In this document: one piece after another, positions 11,766 to 25,566 of the stretch
Numbering within the stretch: the stretch's first letter is position 1
Layout of the letters: each line of letters starts with the position of its first letter
Assembly (NCBI GenBank): GCA_951406725.2
Contig: OX597834.1
Span: 43,152,001-43,216,000, forward strand
Reading direction: 5' to 3'
DNA length: 64,000 bases
Source of the DNA: Octopus vulgaris
Lineage: Eukaryota
Translations under genes and position numbers: made by a program
The notes under the pieces: generated by a model
Told to the model about the DNA's origin: nothing
What the model saw: the letters and a program-made list of their open reading frames with translations, nothing else
The model's database searches: none

Positions 11766-11820
11766 CCTATCTACCTCTCTGTCTGTCTGTCTGTCTATAT
11801 ATCTATCTGTCTATCTATCT
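11600..11820. repeat. (TATC)n/(TGTC)n tetranucleotide repeat
   Basis: Directly visible. Confidence 0.95.
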
Positions 11821-12116
11821 AAATTTGATAGATACAACAGTCTGTGGAACTTGTACAGATAATTTATGAACAACCAGCTCATACATACACACATGAGAGT
11901 ATGCATATATAAATACATACGAACAAACATACATACATACATACACAAAAGCACACACAAACACTCATATATGCAAATATAGTTGAAATTTACAGAAAAA
12001 CAAAATGCGAAGACAGGTGTATGAACAACAAGCAGGTGTTTGTATATATATATGTATGTATTCATATATATTTATATGTATATGTATATATATATATATA
12101 TGTGTATTTATTCATG

Positions 12117-12149
<33 letters not shown>

Positions 12150-12169
12150 ATGAATGTATGTATATATAA

Positions 12170-12320
12170 AACAAGCTCCTTTCAATTTCTATACAACAAA
12201 TCCCCTTACAAGGTTTCGCCAGTTCGTGGTTATAGTGGAGACACATAAAAAAGATGGAGCGCAGTGGGACCGAACCCGTGACCATATTATTGGGAAACGA
12301 TTTTCTTACCACCAGCCTCA
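12170..12320 (-). mobile_element. SINE family B head and body, degenerate
   Basis: GCGCAGTGGGACCGAACCC...TTCTTACCACCAGCC is the reverse complement of the family B head. Confidence 0.65.
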
Positions 12321-12440
12321 GCGAAAAAGACAAGCAAACAGAACAGAAAAATCTCGGTACGGCCATAATTGAACATCCATCTATTAATATATGTGGAAAA
12401 TGTCTACAGAAACGCTTGAAGTTCTGAAACAATTGCATAC

Positions 12441-12477
12441 CTGTGAAGGCCGCTCAGAAATTGCACAAAGATTTCTC
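12441..12477 (-). CDS. Candidate 37-nt internal exon, (R)RNLCAISERPSQ
   Basis: TTTCAG acceptor and CAG|GTATG donor; phase-compatible with the candidate exon at 21642-21793; no transcript evidence. Confidence 0.3.
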
Positions 12478-13479
12478 CTGAAATTTCCATGTAAATTAAA
12501 GCCAGTTCAACTCGGTAGGTTTACTGATTTAAGAGCGACAAATATTACATGGAGAAAGTGACAACATCGACCAATTCACTAATCTACAAAGAAGTGATAC
12601 TGAACATAGCAAACAGCTTGTATTCTAGGATATGACTTTGGAACAACACGATATACAGAAAATTTCTAATTGGGCAACGTATTTCAGAATCGCCGGAGGA
12701 ATAATAGCGAAAGTGAATAAAATTACAAGAAAACATAGTCTCGCTCCACCTCTCTCTCTCTCTCTCTCTCTCAGTCTCTCAGTCTCTCTCACTCAGACAC
12801 ACGCGCGCCAACAGACAACACACATGCACTTACACTCACACTTTCCCACAGAGAGTCGTATACAGTTCAAATAGAAGGATAAACTCTATATACACACTCA
12901 CACGCACACACATACACACGTGTGCGTGTGTGTTTTTATTAAGAGTGAATAATTACTTCGAAGTTTCGCTTTTAAAACCGTCTTGTAAAAAGCAGGTTCG
13001 TAAAAAGAGAAGATTTTTGAGTCCCCTTCAAATATCCACTGAACCTTCCTTGGTTCTCTTTCCCAAGAAGCTTAAGGCCTTGTTTCATCAGTTATAGATC
13101 ACATATTTAATAATTAGCTCATGATCTTTTTAGGTGAGCTATGATGTGCCTAATACAGGTCTCCGTAGACGTATTTCTACGTTTCAAGCTTTGGATACAA
13201 CGCTATTTTGCAAATACTTTTATTCTGGAGAGGTGGAAGTCTATTTTTAAAAGATTAGCACTTATAGAAAAGCAAAAGACAAAGACAGGTCTATGAACAC
13301 CAAGGAAGTGTATTACTCTGACGCTCGGGAAAAATGAAAGTCTTTAAGATTTCGAGCTTACGCTCTTCAGTAGAAGCGAATAAGAGAAGATAAGCGGAGA
13401 GCGAATGAAAAAAACATATAGATATCCGCGCTCCACACACACACACACACACACATTCATATATATATATATATATATA

Positions 13480-13518
<39 letters not shown>

Positions 13519-14408
13519 AGTGAGTGAGAGAAACAGATAGGAAGATATATATATATATAGATAGATAGATATCCATACCTGTACGTGTGTGCTTGTGTTT
13601 GTATGCACTTTTCTGTGAATGTATGTATACGTGTGATTCTTATTTAATCTCTCTAACAATCTGTTTCAATTAAAGTGTATATATATATATATATATATTT
13701 ATCAGTCTCTTCATATCCATACGTCAACGGATGTTTGATGGGTAGCATATGCATTATTCTGCTTCTGCTATGCTCGTGTGTGTATCCACATTTCAATGCG
13801 TATGTATGTATTTATGTATTTATGTATGTACGTATGCATATACGTTTGTGTGTGAGCATTTACATGTGCGGACGCATCTCTGTTTGTGTGGTTGTTCTTT
13901 TGTGTATGCCTCGGTTCCATGTCTTTTTTTTTGTATCTGCTTCCGTGTGTAAACTTTCATTAATGAACCAAGTTATATTTGTGTCTTAGTATGTTGTCAG
14001 TAAAGTTGAAATAATCCTATTGCCCTCGACAACAAAGAGCAATTGGACAATTTTAGATTTTCAGAATTAATTTCTTCATTGATTCACAAAATAATTTTTC
14101 TTTTGCTTCATTCATATGAATGGATGCAAATATATGTGTTATAGATGCATGTGAGCGTTTTTATATATTATTGTGTATATACAGAGGTTGTGACATAGAC
14201 GATAGCTCCCAGTGTATATGTATGTAAATGCGTATTCGTACACAGAAACACATGCCAATTACATATACATACATAGATACACTATTGTATGTATATGTAA
14301 GAGGTGCATACAGAGAAACACAAACACACACACATATACATATGCAGACATAAATAGACATGTCTCTAAATACATGCGTATACACACAAACATATACTAT
14401 ACATATAT

Positions 14409-14444
<36 letters not shown>

Positions 14445-14520
14445 GCATATATATATGTACATATATTAAATTTATGCTAAGGTATGAATGTATATGTTGT
14501 TATGTATACACTTATATATG

Positions 14521-14555
<35 letters not shown>

Positions 14556-15639
14556 ATTATATATATATATATACACATATATATATGCATGCATAAATGT
14601 ATATATATATATATAAACACACACACAAACATACACATCTATATATCTATTCGAATGTATACACACTTCGTTTGATATAATGGACTGTGTAGTGTATGGT
14701 GTGGTGTGTATGTGTGTGTGTGTGTAAGTATGTATTGTGTGTATGAGCGGCGTGTGTTTGTGCGTCTGTGTGTGTGTGTTGAATGCAGGGTGTTGAAAGA
14801 AACAAGGGCAGCAAATGTGTCGGTATGAACTAACTAAGGACAACAATGGTTCTAATGAGTCTTGGGGTAGATACACATAAAACATCTCTAAATAAAACGT
14901 AATCACTCTTCATTTTGTTTCGCATTTGCCGTGGTTATTGTTGCCGTGGAAGCTGGAGTTTAATCACAAGAAAGAAAGAATGAAGCAGAATCGGAAAATA
15001 AAATAAAGAACAACATAAACTAACAAACCAAGATTGTTATATATATATATTAAAAAAATATATATATACATTCACATTTTGGTATAATTTACTGTTAGTT
15101 TTGTATTGTTTTTTTATTTTTTTCGTGATGTTTTATTGATGATGTTTTATTGGTGGGTTTGCTTGCTGTAAGAACTTGTGATATCTTCCAGTTGATTAAC
15201 TTCATTGAAACATAGAAGAATTAGATTAAAACAGGGAGCTTTTAAAAATGATGCAGACTTCTGGTGGCAGATCTACGAAAAGTTTCCATTGAATCTGAAG
15301 ACGTACATACATACCCACACACATATATACGTATATAAGTACGTCGCACATACATATGCATGTATAATTATTTATATAAACATATCTGTATGTCTATATA
15401 GATATAGCTCTCTCTAAATGTGTGTGTGCGTGTATGTGTGCACATGTAAGTGTATATGTATCTGACGTGTGGGTAATGCTGCGCCTCACAACATCGCAGT
15501 TTCGTGTTCGACCTCTCTACCCTTCTTAGTACGACTTTAATGTACGATTTTCAAGTCAAATAAAGGCAAAACACTCCAGGAATGGAATTTGGAAAGCCAA
15601 GGAAATATGCAGGAGGCTGCAGTATATGAGTACATTCTT

Positions 15640-15730
15640 TATTTTTCTTTTCTTTTATTCTTTTATTTGTTTCAGTCATTTGACTGCGGCCATGCTGGAG
15701 CACCGGCTTTTAGTCGAGCAAATGAAACAG
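15640..15730 (-). mobile_element. SINE family B tail fragment
   Basis: TTGTTTCAGTCATTTGACTGCGGCCATGCTGGAGCACCG. Confidence 0.8.
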
Positions 15731-16523
15731 ACATTGTTGTATTTCGGGACGGTCATCATTTTTTGCCAATTAAACACACGTAATATGTATTCGTTCTTCA
15801 CTGGTTTCTTACCTTACTTTTGTTATATCTATCTATCTATCTATCTATCGATCTATCTATCTATCTTTGTCTATCTATCTATTTCGCTCTCTCTCTCTCT
15901 CTATGTATATATATATATACACCCACCTTCCTTATTGATATCCTAACCCCTTCTATTTAGCGAATTATCGATCTCTCAGACGTAAAATTCTTCATATTAC
16001 GAACAAAAACAATACACAGAAACACCTTGAGCTTCTTCACTATTAACACTGTTCTCCACTTCAAATAATGTCATCATAATGTCAGAAGCTAATAATCAGA
16101 CGGAGCATGATTATAAGAGAGAGAACGATGTGGCAAAACTCCCACATTAGTGTCACAGTGTGTTCTTGTGCATTTCGTCAATATGTCGTGTTGTTTTATT
16201 GTATAAGAGTAACACATTTCATTATTGGCCAATGGCGTTCAATTTTTCTACAAAGTTTTTTGTAATAATTTATATTGACGACAATACGTTCCCTCATTAA
16301 CTCTCATGCGTTTCATCCTGGTTTGGGTATAGATTCTTCTTTTTCATTATCGCTTTCCGATATTTTGGGGTTATCTCACTCCCATAAAAAAAAAGAATTT
16401 TTTTCTTCCCACTTGAGTTTATGTGGCGACAAGAAATTTGATTAAAAGAGTTAAAAACACTTGATTCCGTACCTCAACGCATTGTTGATGCTTGGCCTTC
16501 TCAACAGATATGGTATGATCTGT

Positions 16524-16908
16524 AGGAGTGGCTGTGTAGTATGGAGATTGCTTACCAACCACACGGTTCCGGGTTCAGTCCCACTGCGTGGCACCTTGGG
16601 CAAGTGTCTTCTACTATAGCCTCGGGCCGACCAAAGCCTTGTGTGTAGATTTGGTAGACGGAAACTGAAAGAAGCCCGTCGTATATATGTATATATACAT
16701 GTGTGTGTGTGTTTGTATGTCTATCTTTGTCTCCCCAACATCACTTGTCAACCGTTGCTGGTGTGTTTACGTCCCCGTAACTTAGTTCGGCAAAAGTGAC
16801 CGAAAGACTAAGTACAAGGATTACAAAGAATAAGTGCTGGATCGATTCGCTCGACTAAAGGCGGTGCTCCAGCATGGCCACAGTCAAATGAATGAAACAA
16901 GTAAAAGA
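16524..16908 (+). mobile_element. SINE family B, near full length
   Basis: A-box-like TGGCTGTGTAG, B-box-like GGTTCAGTCCC, CORE-like GGCACCTTGGGCAAGTG, internal TA/TG tract, tail GGCGGTGCTCCAGCATGGCCACAGTCAAATGAATGAAACAAGTAAAAGA. Confidence 0.9.
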
Positions 16909-16952
16909 ATATATATATATATATATGCGTTATTATCATGCGAGGTCTTAGT

Positions 16953-17150
16953 GCGGCGAGCTGGGAGAGGTGCTTAGCGGTATTTCGTCAGTCTTTTATG
17001 TTCTGAGTTCAAATTCTACCGAAGTCGACTTCACCTTTCAACCTTTTGGGTTCGATAAATTAAGTACCAGTTACGCACAGGGGTTCCTGTAATCTACTGG
17101 CCCCCTTCTACCAAAAATATCAGTCCTTGGTCCTATAGTAGAAAAGATTA
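16953..17150 (+). mobile_element. SINE family A (A2-type tail)
   Basis: GCGGCGAGCTGG...GTTCTGAGTTCAAATTC...TAAATTAAGTACCAG...CCTATAGTAGAAAAGATTATT. Confidence 0.8.
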
Positions 17151-17789
17151 TTATGCGAGGTCTTTTTGTTATGACTGGGAGAACGTATGAAATAATATTG
17201 TTATTACTTTGGGAATTTTACTCTGCGTTTTCTTTGTCCACACAACAAGAAATTGATAAACGTTGTGACGTTTTGCATTAACGCAGAGAAGCGACATATT
17301 ACTTATGTCCATTCGCAGTATGTTATATACTTCATATATTACTCCACTCGTATAGCTTCATCTAACTAAATCATGTAACTAAATTCTTTGTTTTTCATTG
17401 GGTTTTGACCAAGAATTGTTACAGCTTTGATTGTAATCCATCATCATCAGTCTCACAATTTTGTCTATCAGTGATTGGTGAATCCAATCTATTGAAGTTG
17501 AAACTCAATTTATTATATAGTGTTGCGCAGAATGAGACATATTAGATGAGGTGTACCGAATAGTTATAATTGTAACTTAGTGTAATTTGATAATACAAAA
17601 TGATATTATGATAGGTGTGGAGGCGCACGCGCGTCTCTATATGTACGCACATATAAATGTAGGTATAGAGGCTCGCATTCATACGTAGTTTTATTCATTC
17701 ACTTCTATATAAGAACAGACAGATAGACATGAAATATAAATAATTATATCTATCAATATCTGTTTCTCTCCCAGTCTCTCTGCATATAA

Positions 17790-18198
<409 letters not shown>

Positions 18199-18315
18199 TT
18201 AAGTTTATATAAATAAGGATAAGATCGTTAATTTAAAAATAAAATAACGATTTTATCAAGTGGTCAGTATGGAAAAGATAACCTTCAAAGGTAATAATTA
18301 TTAAAATTATAAATC

Positions 18316-18436
18316 AGGGTATCTACGAGATACCACCATGCTGAAAATAGCAGCCATGATCTGACTGTAAAGGTCTGACTTTCAGAGTCAGATCATGGCC
18401 GCTATTTTCAGCATGGTGGTATCTCGTAGATACCCT
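18316..18436. repeat. Near-perfect 121-bp palindrome
   Basis: AGGGTATCTACGAGATACCACCATGCTGAAAATAGCAGCCATGATCTGACT and its reverse complement with one mismatch, separated by a ~19-nt spacer. Confidence 0.95.
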
Positions 18437-18966
18437 AATATATCATTGCAGTTATGTTAATAGTAGAAGAATTCTCCACAATTTCTTAACCAAGAGATCA
18501 ACAATCTAGAGTATAGTTTGGGTGACATTCGACTCTACATTAATATAAAACGAATCTATAAGGAAAAAAAATACTACGAAAGGGAAAGAGAAGAAGAGTG
18601 GCGTATCATAGCTCATTAATTCATTTCGGCGTAGTTTTCTGTACTGAAAGAAACAACAGAGTTCAAAAATCGTAAAAGAAATAAGAGAAGAAATACAAAA
18701 ATAACATTGATGGCAGCCTTAACATAATGGAAGTCTTTAAGAATGAAAAATATAGAAAATAAAAATAAACAATAAAAAAAAAAATCAAGCAAAAATATTC
18801 AAAAACAAAATGTGGCGATATGAAGTAACTATTCAGTTAAATTAGATGTAAACAAAATAACAATTCAGAAATAAAATATTTTTGAAAAAAAATCAACTTT
18901 TTTAAACAGGTGAAAAAATTGACGAAGCATTTCTCGATATCTATATATGTACTCTATATGTAATAC

Positions 18967-19032
<66 letters not shown>

Positions 19033-19870
19033 TTCATTATGTTGTCTATTTATATTTCATTTCTTATTTTCGAATATAATTTTTCCTTTATTTTCATCAA
19101 TGAGAATACTGTATATTTGTTTGTTATTTCTAATTTACGAAAATTTCTCCAAATTATTCGGTTATTTTTTGTGTACCTATTCATTCCCAAACACTGAAAT
19201 GTTGTTTTGGCGGAAATATAACTGCGTTAACTCATGCTTCATTGTTTTTGTATATCGCCTTTATTTTTTTCCCTCTCATTTTAAGAACAGTAATCTTCCT
19301 ATACAGAGATAGTTAAATAGACTTTGAGCAACATTTATTGATTTTGTTTCCTTATATTATCTTATTTACTTTCACACTAAACTTATCTCACTACATTATC
19401 AAACACAAACACGCACACACACACACACACAACAATCTTTCTCTTTCACACACACACACACAAACAAACACACACACTCATATATACTGTGTGTGTGTTT
19501 CCGCAAGTCTGTATATCGTTATATTTCACATAAATACATGACTATAAGTGTGATAATCTTGATAGAATAATTAAATATTTAGTATATATATGTAAGTATA
19601 TGTAAAAGTGTATTTAAGTATATATGTATGCACATACGTGCGTATGTAAGTATGTTTGTATAATGTACGTGCGCATATATGTATGTATGTTTGTATAATG
19701 CAATTTTTGTTAATATACTTACATTGATATTGCCTTAGATTAGATTATACCAACTGTTTATAGAAAATGTTTCGAAATTGGAGTCAGAATTTCTTCATTC
19801 ACTTGTACTATGCCAGCCAAATTTCAACTCACATACTTCACACTTGTTGTAAAAAATACATCATATTTAA

Positions 19871-20217
19871 GCATTACGCTACACCAATGCCAGAACGGGA
19901 CGACACTGCATAGTGCCAAAGATCCCAGCAATGCCATCACGATTCAGGACCAGTTACTGCAACAGCCTGGCTTTCAAGGGCCTGAGGAACTTGCACAAAG
20001 TAGATGTAAGGGTTTTTAAATTAAAGCTGGACATCTTCCTGTTGTGAGTCCCAGATGAACCTACCTCACGGTAAGAGGTGAAAATGAGGGTAGCTGTATA
20101 AAACTCCATTCTTCACCAAGTGCCACTAATTAGAGGAGGCTCTTAGTAATAACAGTGTAGCAAAACGGCGGTGCATCAGCATGGCCGCAGCTCTGAGCTG
20201 AAACTAGAGAAAAAAAA
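19871..20217 (+). mobile_element. CR1-group LINE 3' end (ORF2 C-terminus remnant plus 3' UTR)
   Basis: Frame reads ALRYTNARTGRHCIVPKIPAMPSRFRTSYCNSLAFKGLRNLHKVDVRVFKLKLDIFLL*VPDEPTSR*EVKMRVAV*NSILHQV (GR.C..P, FK..LD.FL..VPD.P, NS..Q pattern); UTR ends GGCGGTGCATCAGCATGGCCGCAGC...GAAAC plus A-run. Confidence 0.75.
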
Positions 20218-20659
20218 TTAGCGTGTTATTTTAATACAGATGACCATCACTAAGAATTAACCCAATAAAAACAAAAAAAAATTAGATACGTTACGATACG
20301 TCTTCTAAGCGTGATGGACAACGTAAGTAATGTTCTTAGCTTTTTTTTTTGTTTTTTTTTTTGCAAGTCATTCAAATATTTCGGCTTAAAATGTCCGTGA
20401 ATTTGAATTTGTAGGCTATTATTCCTGAATATGGAACATAATAGTGTACAGTGAATTGAAGATATATATCAGTTGGAGTAATGAGTCTCATTAAAGGTTT
20501 GTCGGCCAAATTAGACTCGAGGTTTCAGCTCTTGCTAACCCAGTCACTCAATTATGTCCAATGCGAAATTCAACGACGATGTGCTTTGCTTCCATGTTTA
20601 CGTGAAATACTGTCAAACGTTTTTTTTATCTTTATTGATATCGGTTGGTACAATATTTT

Positions 20660-20890
20660 ACCTTTTCTCTCTTACTCGTTTCAGTTATTTGGCTATGGCC
20701 ATGCTGGAGCACTGCCTTGAAGGGTTTTAGTGAAACAAATCGACTCCAGGGCTACATTTCAAAGCCTAGTACTTATTCTATTAGGTCTCTTTTGCCGAAC
20801 CGCTAAGTTAAGGGGGACGCAAGCACTACTCAGATACCGGTTGTCAAGGCGTTGTGGCGGACAATCAGAAGCACAAAAATATACACATAT
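20660..20890 (-). mobile_element. SINE family B tail half
   Basis: GGCCATGCTGGAGCACTGCC...TTTTGCCGAACCGCTAAGTTA. Confidence 0.8.
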
Positions 20891-20950
20891 AGATATATAC
20901 ATACGTGCGTATATATATATATATATATATATATATACTTCACTCAACTC

Positions 20951-21477
20951 AACTACCACGTTTTCAATGGTGCAGCACTAGTCAAAATTATCTGTAATTC
21001 GTTACACATCATTTCAAATTATCATCTGAAGAATACGAATTTTTTTTTTCTTTGCTTTTTTTCATAGGCGCATACGTAGCTGGGTAGTATGAAGCCTGAT
21101 TCCCTGCCATGTGAATCCGGGTTCATCCTCACTGCGTGGCACCTTGAGCAATTTTACTATAGCCTCGGGCCGTCTAAATCCTAGTGAATTGGTTTGGTAG
21201 ACAGAAACTGAATAAAGCCCGTCCATATGGTCCTTGTGGGGTCCTTACAACATTTATGTGCTTACTAAAATACACTTCCCCAAGATGCCTTGCAGTGAGG
21301 TTGAACCCGGATTCATATGATTGGGAATTAAGTTTCTTACCGCACAGCTACGTATGGCCCTGTGAAAAAAAGCATGTGAAAAAAATATTTATATTCTTCA
21401 GATGATAATTTGAAATGATGTTTAACGAATTGCAAATAATTTTGACTAGTGTTGCACCGCTGAAAACGCGGTGGTTG
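20951..21477. repeat. Inverted duplication with ~200-bp arms, each containing a SINE B head
   Basis: 20951-21150 versus reverse complement of 21275-21477 (ACTAGTCAAAATTAT...CATCATTTCAAATTATCATCTGAAGAATA plus SINE head). Confidence 0.9.
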
Positions 21478-21641
21478 GATTGCTTTGAGCATATTGTCCA
21501 CGATAATATAATGTATAAAATTCCTGTCCTATGTTTGCCGTTGCAACCAGTTTTAGAGCTTTTCTGCTTTTCTATCAAATCAGTGTTGTTTTAATGTCAG
21601 ATTATAAAGAAAATAACCGTGAGAGATGTCAACGCTCTTAC

Positions 21642-21793
21642 CTGTCCAACAAATAATCAGCAAGATTAATTAATCTAACACCTGATTCACTATCGGCGAC
21701 ATTCATATGTTCCCTGATGTATTGGCATCTGCAGGCATCAAGTGAATCAACGAACTGTTTCGATTCCGTTTTGAGACGAGCAGTGACCCACAT
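21642..21793 (-). CDS. Candidate coding exon MWVTARLKTESKQFVDSLDACRCQYIREHMNVADSESGVRLINLADYLLD(R), possibly the N-terminus of a Cys-loop receptor-like protein
   Basis: Unique non-repetitive sequence, open frame ending at a consensus CAG|GTAAG donor; the family assignment is a weak motif-level inference. Confidence 0.35.
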
Positions 21794-23024
21794 GAGCAGG
21801 AGATTTAATTAAAATTAAAAGCATTTGTACATTTCTTATCTCAGCCTCAGGCTGTAAACACTTAGTTTGTTTTATAGTCGTATAACAGTGATTGAGTGTA
21901 AAGCTGTCCTTAGCGCTGTCTCTTGGTGGTTCCATTGCCAGTTCAATTTCGGAATTGCTGCTTCCTATATTAATTAATTCCGTAGATATTAGGAACGTTA
22001 GCAACATTCTATCGCGTTTTCCTTTCCCATTGACATTATTTATTCAGAATCTTGCTTACATACATACACCCGTGCATACATGCGTTAATACATACATACA
22101 TACCTATATATATATATATATATACATATATACATACACACACATATATGTACATACATATACATATACACATACATACATATATTTAGATAGACAGATA
22201 CATGTGTATATATATATATACACATATATGTATATATGTTCATATATATATATATATATATGGATATATATATATATATGCATATATATGTACATCTATC
22301 TATATATATATATATATATGGGGGGGGGAGTGTGTTCGTGTGTGTTTGTGGTTGTGTTTGTGTGTGTGTGTGTATATATGTTTGTGTGTGTGTGTATGCG
22401 TGCGTCTGAATAGATGTAATTGTATGATCATATCTAGGTGTTGATTATGCATTGGATATGATGATACAAGCCTCTCTTGTTTGGTGGCGAAGCGCAGAAT
22501 CGCCAATGAACAATACACAGCGGGGGACGAGTGCATACGTCGGTGGATGATGGCTTCAGAGAAGCATTGCTATTGGTTATTCCGTAATAGAATAAGAGCA
22601 ATTAGGAGGTTTCATTACTGCTAAGATATAATTAGAAGCGATAGTAGAAATAATGTACGAAATATATAAATGTATGTGTGTATATGTGTGTGTGTTTGTC
22701 TCTGTAAATGAACATGTTTACGTATGTTTATGTATTCTTATGTCGAATACTCTATCATTTTACTCTGCACTGCGATGATTACGCGATGCTGACGATGGAA
22801 TAAATGAAGTGTACAGTGTAGAAATTGACCAGAAACACGTTTAGTTGTACTTATGGATTTAGTTTTAAAATATCCTCATTCAGAGCAAATATAACGCCTT
22901 TTTTCTTATCTAGAAGGAAGGCTTAGATATTGAAATTTGGTCAACATAGGCTGAACAGGAATGCACAATGAATGCTTTCACATGCTTGGATGTCACTCCA
23001 AGCGAATCTTTATTTGTGTATATG

Positions 23025-23320
23025 TATACGTGGTTGTATGGTTAAGAAGCCCGCTTTCCAAGTACGTCGTTTCTGGTTCAATCCTACTGTTTGGCACCCG
23101 AAGGCAAGTAACTTCTACAATAGCACGTGACCGACTAATACGCTGAGAGTGAATTTTTGACGACAGAAACGGTGTGAAAGCACGTCCTATGTATATATGT
23201 GTGTGTGTGTTTTTTTTGCTTTTGCGTTTCTCCCCTCATCACTTAACAAACGGTGCTGGTTGTTTTACATTCCCTAACTTGGCAATTCATTTAGAGAGCC
23301 AGATAGAACAAGTACCAGAT
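23025..23320 (+). mobile_element. SINE family B, degenerate
   Basis: GTGGTTGTATGGTTAAGAAG...GGTTCAATCCTACTG...GACAGAAAC, internal TG tract, AACGGTGCTGGT tail remnant. Confidence 0.65.
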
Positions 23321-23330
23321 TTAGAATATG

Positions 23331-23990
23331 CACGGTGAGCTGGCAGAAACGTTAGCACGCCGGGCCAAATCCTTAGCGGTATTTCGTCTGCCGCTACGTT
23401 CTGAGTCCAAATTCCGCTGAGGTCGACTTTGCCTTTCATCCTTGCCAGCTCGCCGCACTTCTCCTAACAATATATTACAAAATAAGTCCGTGTGAGATAT
23501 TGGTTTCAAATTTTGCCACAGGGCGGGACTAAGAAGAGCTAAATTTTGGCAGAGGGAGAGACTATATGAAAGGTTAAATTTTGGCACAAGGACGGGCTAA
23601 ATCGATTATGTCGACCCCAGCTCTACTGTTACGTATTTTATCGAATCTGAAAAGACGAAAAGGAAACTAGGAATTTGAACTCAGAACATAAAGACGGATG
23701 AAATGCTACTAAGCATTCGATCCGGCATGCTAGGGATTCTGCCAGCTTTACGCCTTTCTTAAGAGAATAATATCGGTTAAAAATTTTGGTACAAGGCTTG
23801 AAATTTCGGGATAGAGCCTATATCGATTACATCGATCCCAGAGTCCAACTTGTATGGATGCAACCGACACACTCGGGGCGGGCTTTGTCTTTCATCATTT
23901 CGGTATCCATAAACTAAGTAAGGGGTTAAACACTGGGGCCGATGAAATCGCCTTCTCTCAAATTTTCGGGCGTGTGCCTAAAGTAGAAAT
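23331..23990. mobile_element. Cluster of SINE family A copies in mixed orientation
   Basis: Plus copy 23331-23442 followed by an inverted head fragment, minus copies about 23500-23850, plus fragment 23870-23990. Confidence 0.75.
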
Positions 23991-24790
23991 GCAAGTACGT
24001 GTCTTTCATTAAATTATTTCAATAATTTTAATATTTGTTTCGTTCAGTGTGCCAACCCTGCTTCGGCTAAGTCAATAAACCGGAATGGCTTTTAAGCTAA
24101 ATGTTCCGGAATATCGATTTTGCGCTGCCTGTTATGAATCTGTTAGCATCAATTGTTTTTGTTTTAGTTGTTGTTGATACTTTCGCTGTTGTAGTCATTT
24201 GTCATTGACTAAGCATCTAGAGTTAAAGTAGGTTTAGGAATTCGTCATTTTATTCTAAGAAACATGTCTCACGTAGTATTTTTCATTCAAATGTATAGTA
24301 ACTTTGTAAGCTCATTTGACGTATCTTAGCTGCTATTTCTACCAGATTGATCGACCACCGAAAGATTCCTTCCTAATCTCCAATAGGCCTATTTCTAAAT
24401 TTGCGTCATCTAATGCATGCAGTTTACTGAATACTCAAACCACTTGTAAGCATTTGGGTCTGGCTCTGTTTATACGGCGGCGTTCATCAAATTAAAAACT
24501 GTATGTTTGATATTTATGATGTCATATGATTGGAAACGATTTGGAAAATAGGTTGTGTCGACAATTATGTTATAATATTTCGCTGTGTCGTTCTAAGTTC
24601 CAATTCCCGTGGGTATTAATTTACTTTTTATCCCTACTGAATTGATAAAATAATTAGCAATAATATTGATATGGGTTCCCTACAATGGATTCTCCTCTCT
24701 TCACAAAAGACTGCCAGTGTGATTCAGTTAGACATTAATGTTTAATGCACGAAATTAAATCGGTACGGTTTTATATATATACATTAGTAC

Positions 24791-24830
<40 letters not shown>

Positions 24831-25543
24831 GGATGTTTTTTGTGAACAATGGCGTTCTAGAAACCTCTGTAGACATCTAGATCTTTGTAGATAAAATATT
24901 AAACGAGCTTAAGTTCTTTGTAATTCCCAAATCGCATGGATATTGTCTAGAGATGTATGGAAACTTCCCATGTTACCAAGTGGCCTGATAGATATAGATT
25001 TAACTCTTTCGTGTGAGAGAGGAGGATAATAAAACAGCAGCATCATTCACAACTAATTCACTTCCAAATGCATGATATAGCGAAAAAAAAAAGAAAAACA
25101 TATGTTTGAAATTGTAAAGCCATCGTACTGACCTTCTAGAATATTCTTGTTTGCTTGTTGTAAGTGCTGATAGGGATTAATCTAATAAAAACATGGCGAT
25201 AATTATTCTAATCAAAATAATGACAATATTTTTATTTATATGCTATCATTGCCTCGTCATGTATCGATGACATGTTGCAAAGAGGGCTTACAAGATATGT
25301 GCAGGGATGTAGAAATATTTAGTTACATAAAAAGGGAAGAATGGAAACAGGACATTGGACAATTATAAAACGTCATTGAAAATTGGATTCCACTAAAAAA
25401 AAATCTGCTTATCTGCTTACGATGTTCTTACAGGAAGCTGTAGATACTGTAGTAGAGACAAAGAACGAAAGAGAGTTGCTGTTCGGCGGGAGATAATGGT
25501 TTCGAAGCATATCCATCTTTTGTCAATTTTAGACCGATCACTC

Positions 25544-25566
25544 TATTTATACACATGACACGCATC
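25544..25566 (-). promoter_or_regulatory. Possible TATA box with a CRE-like site, upstream of a candidate short first exon (about 25520-25421)
   Basis: Minus strand TGATGCGTCATGTG-TATAAATA in unique sequence, GTAAG donor at 25420; motif-only evidence. Confidence 0.2.

Noticed and set aside
22450-22600. Cluster of CCAAT/ATTGG motifs as a promoter
   Set aside because: Short motifs expected by chance; no supporting transcription start evidence.
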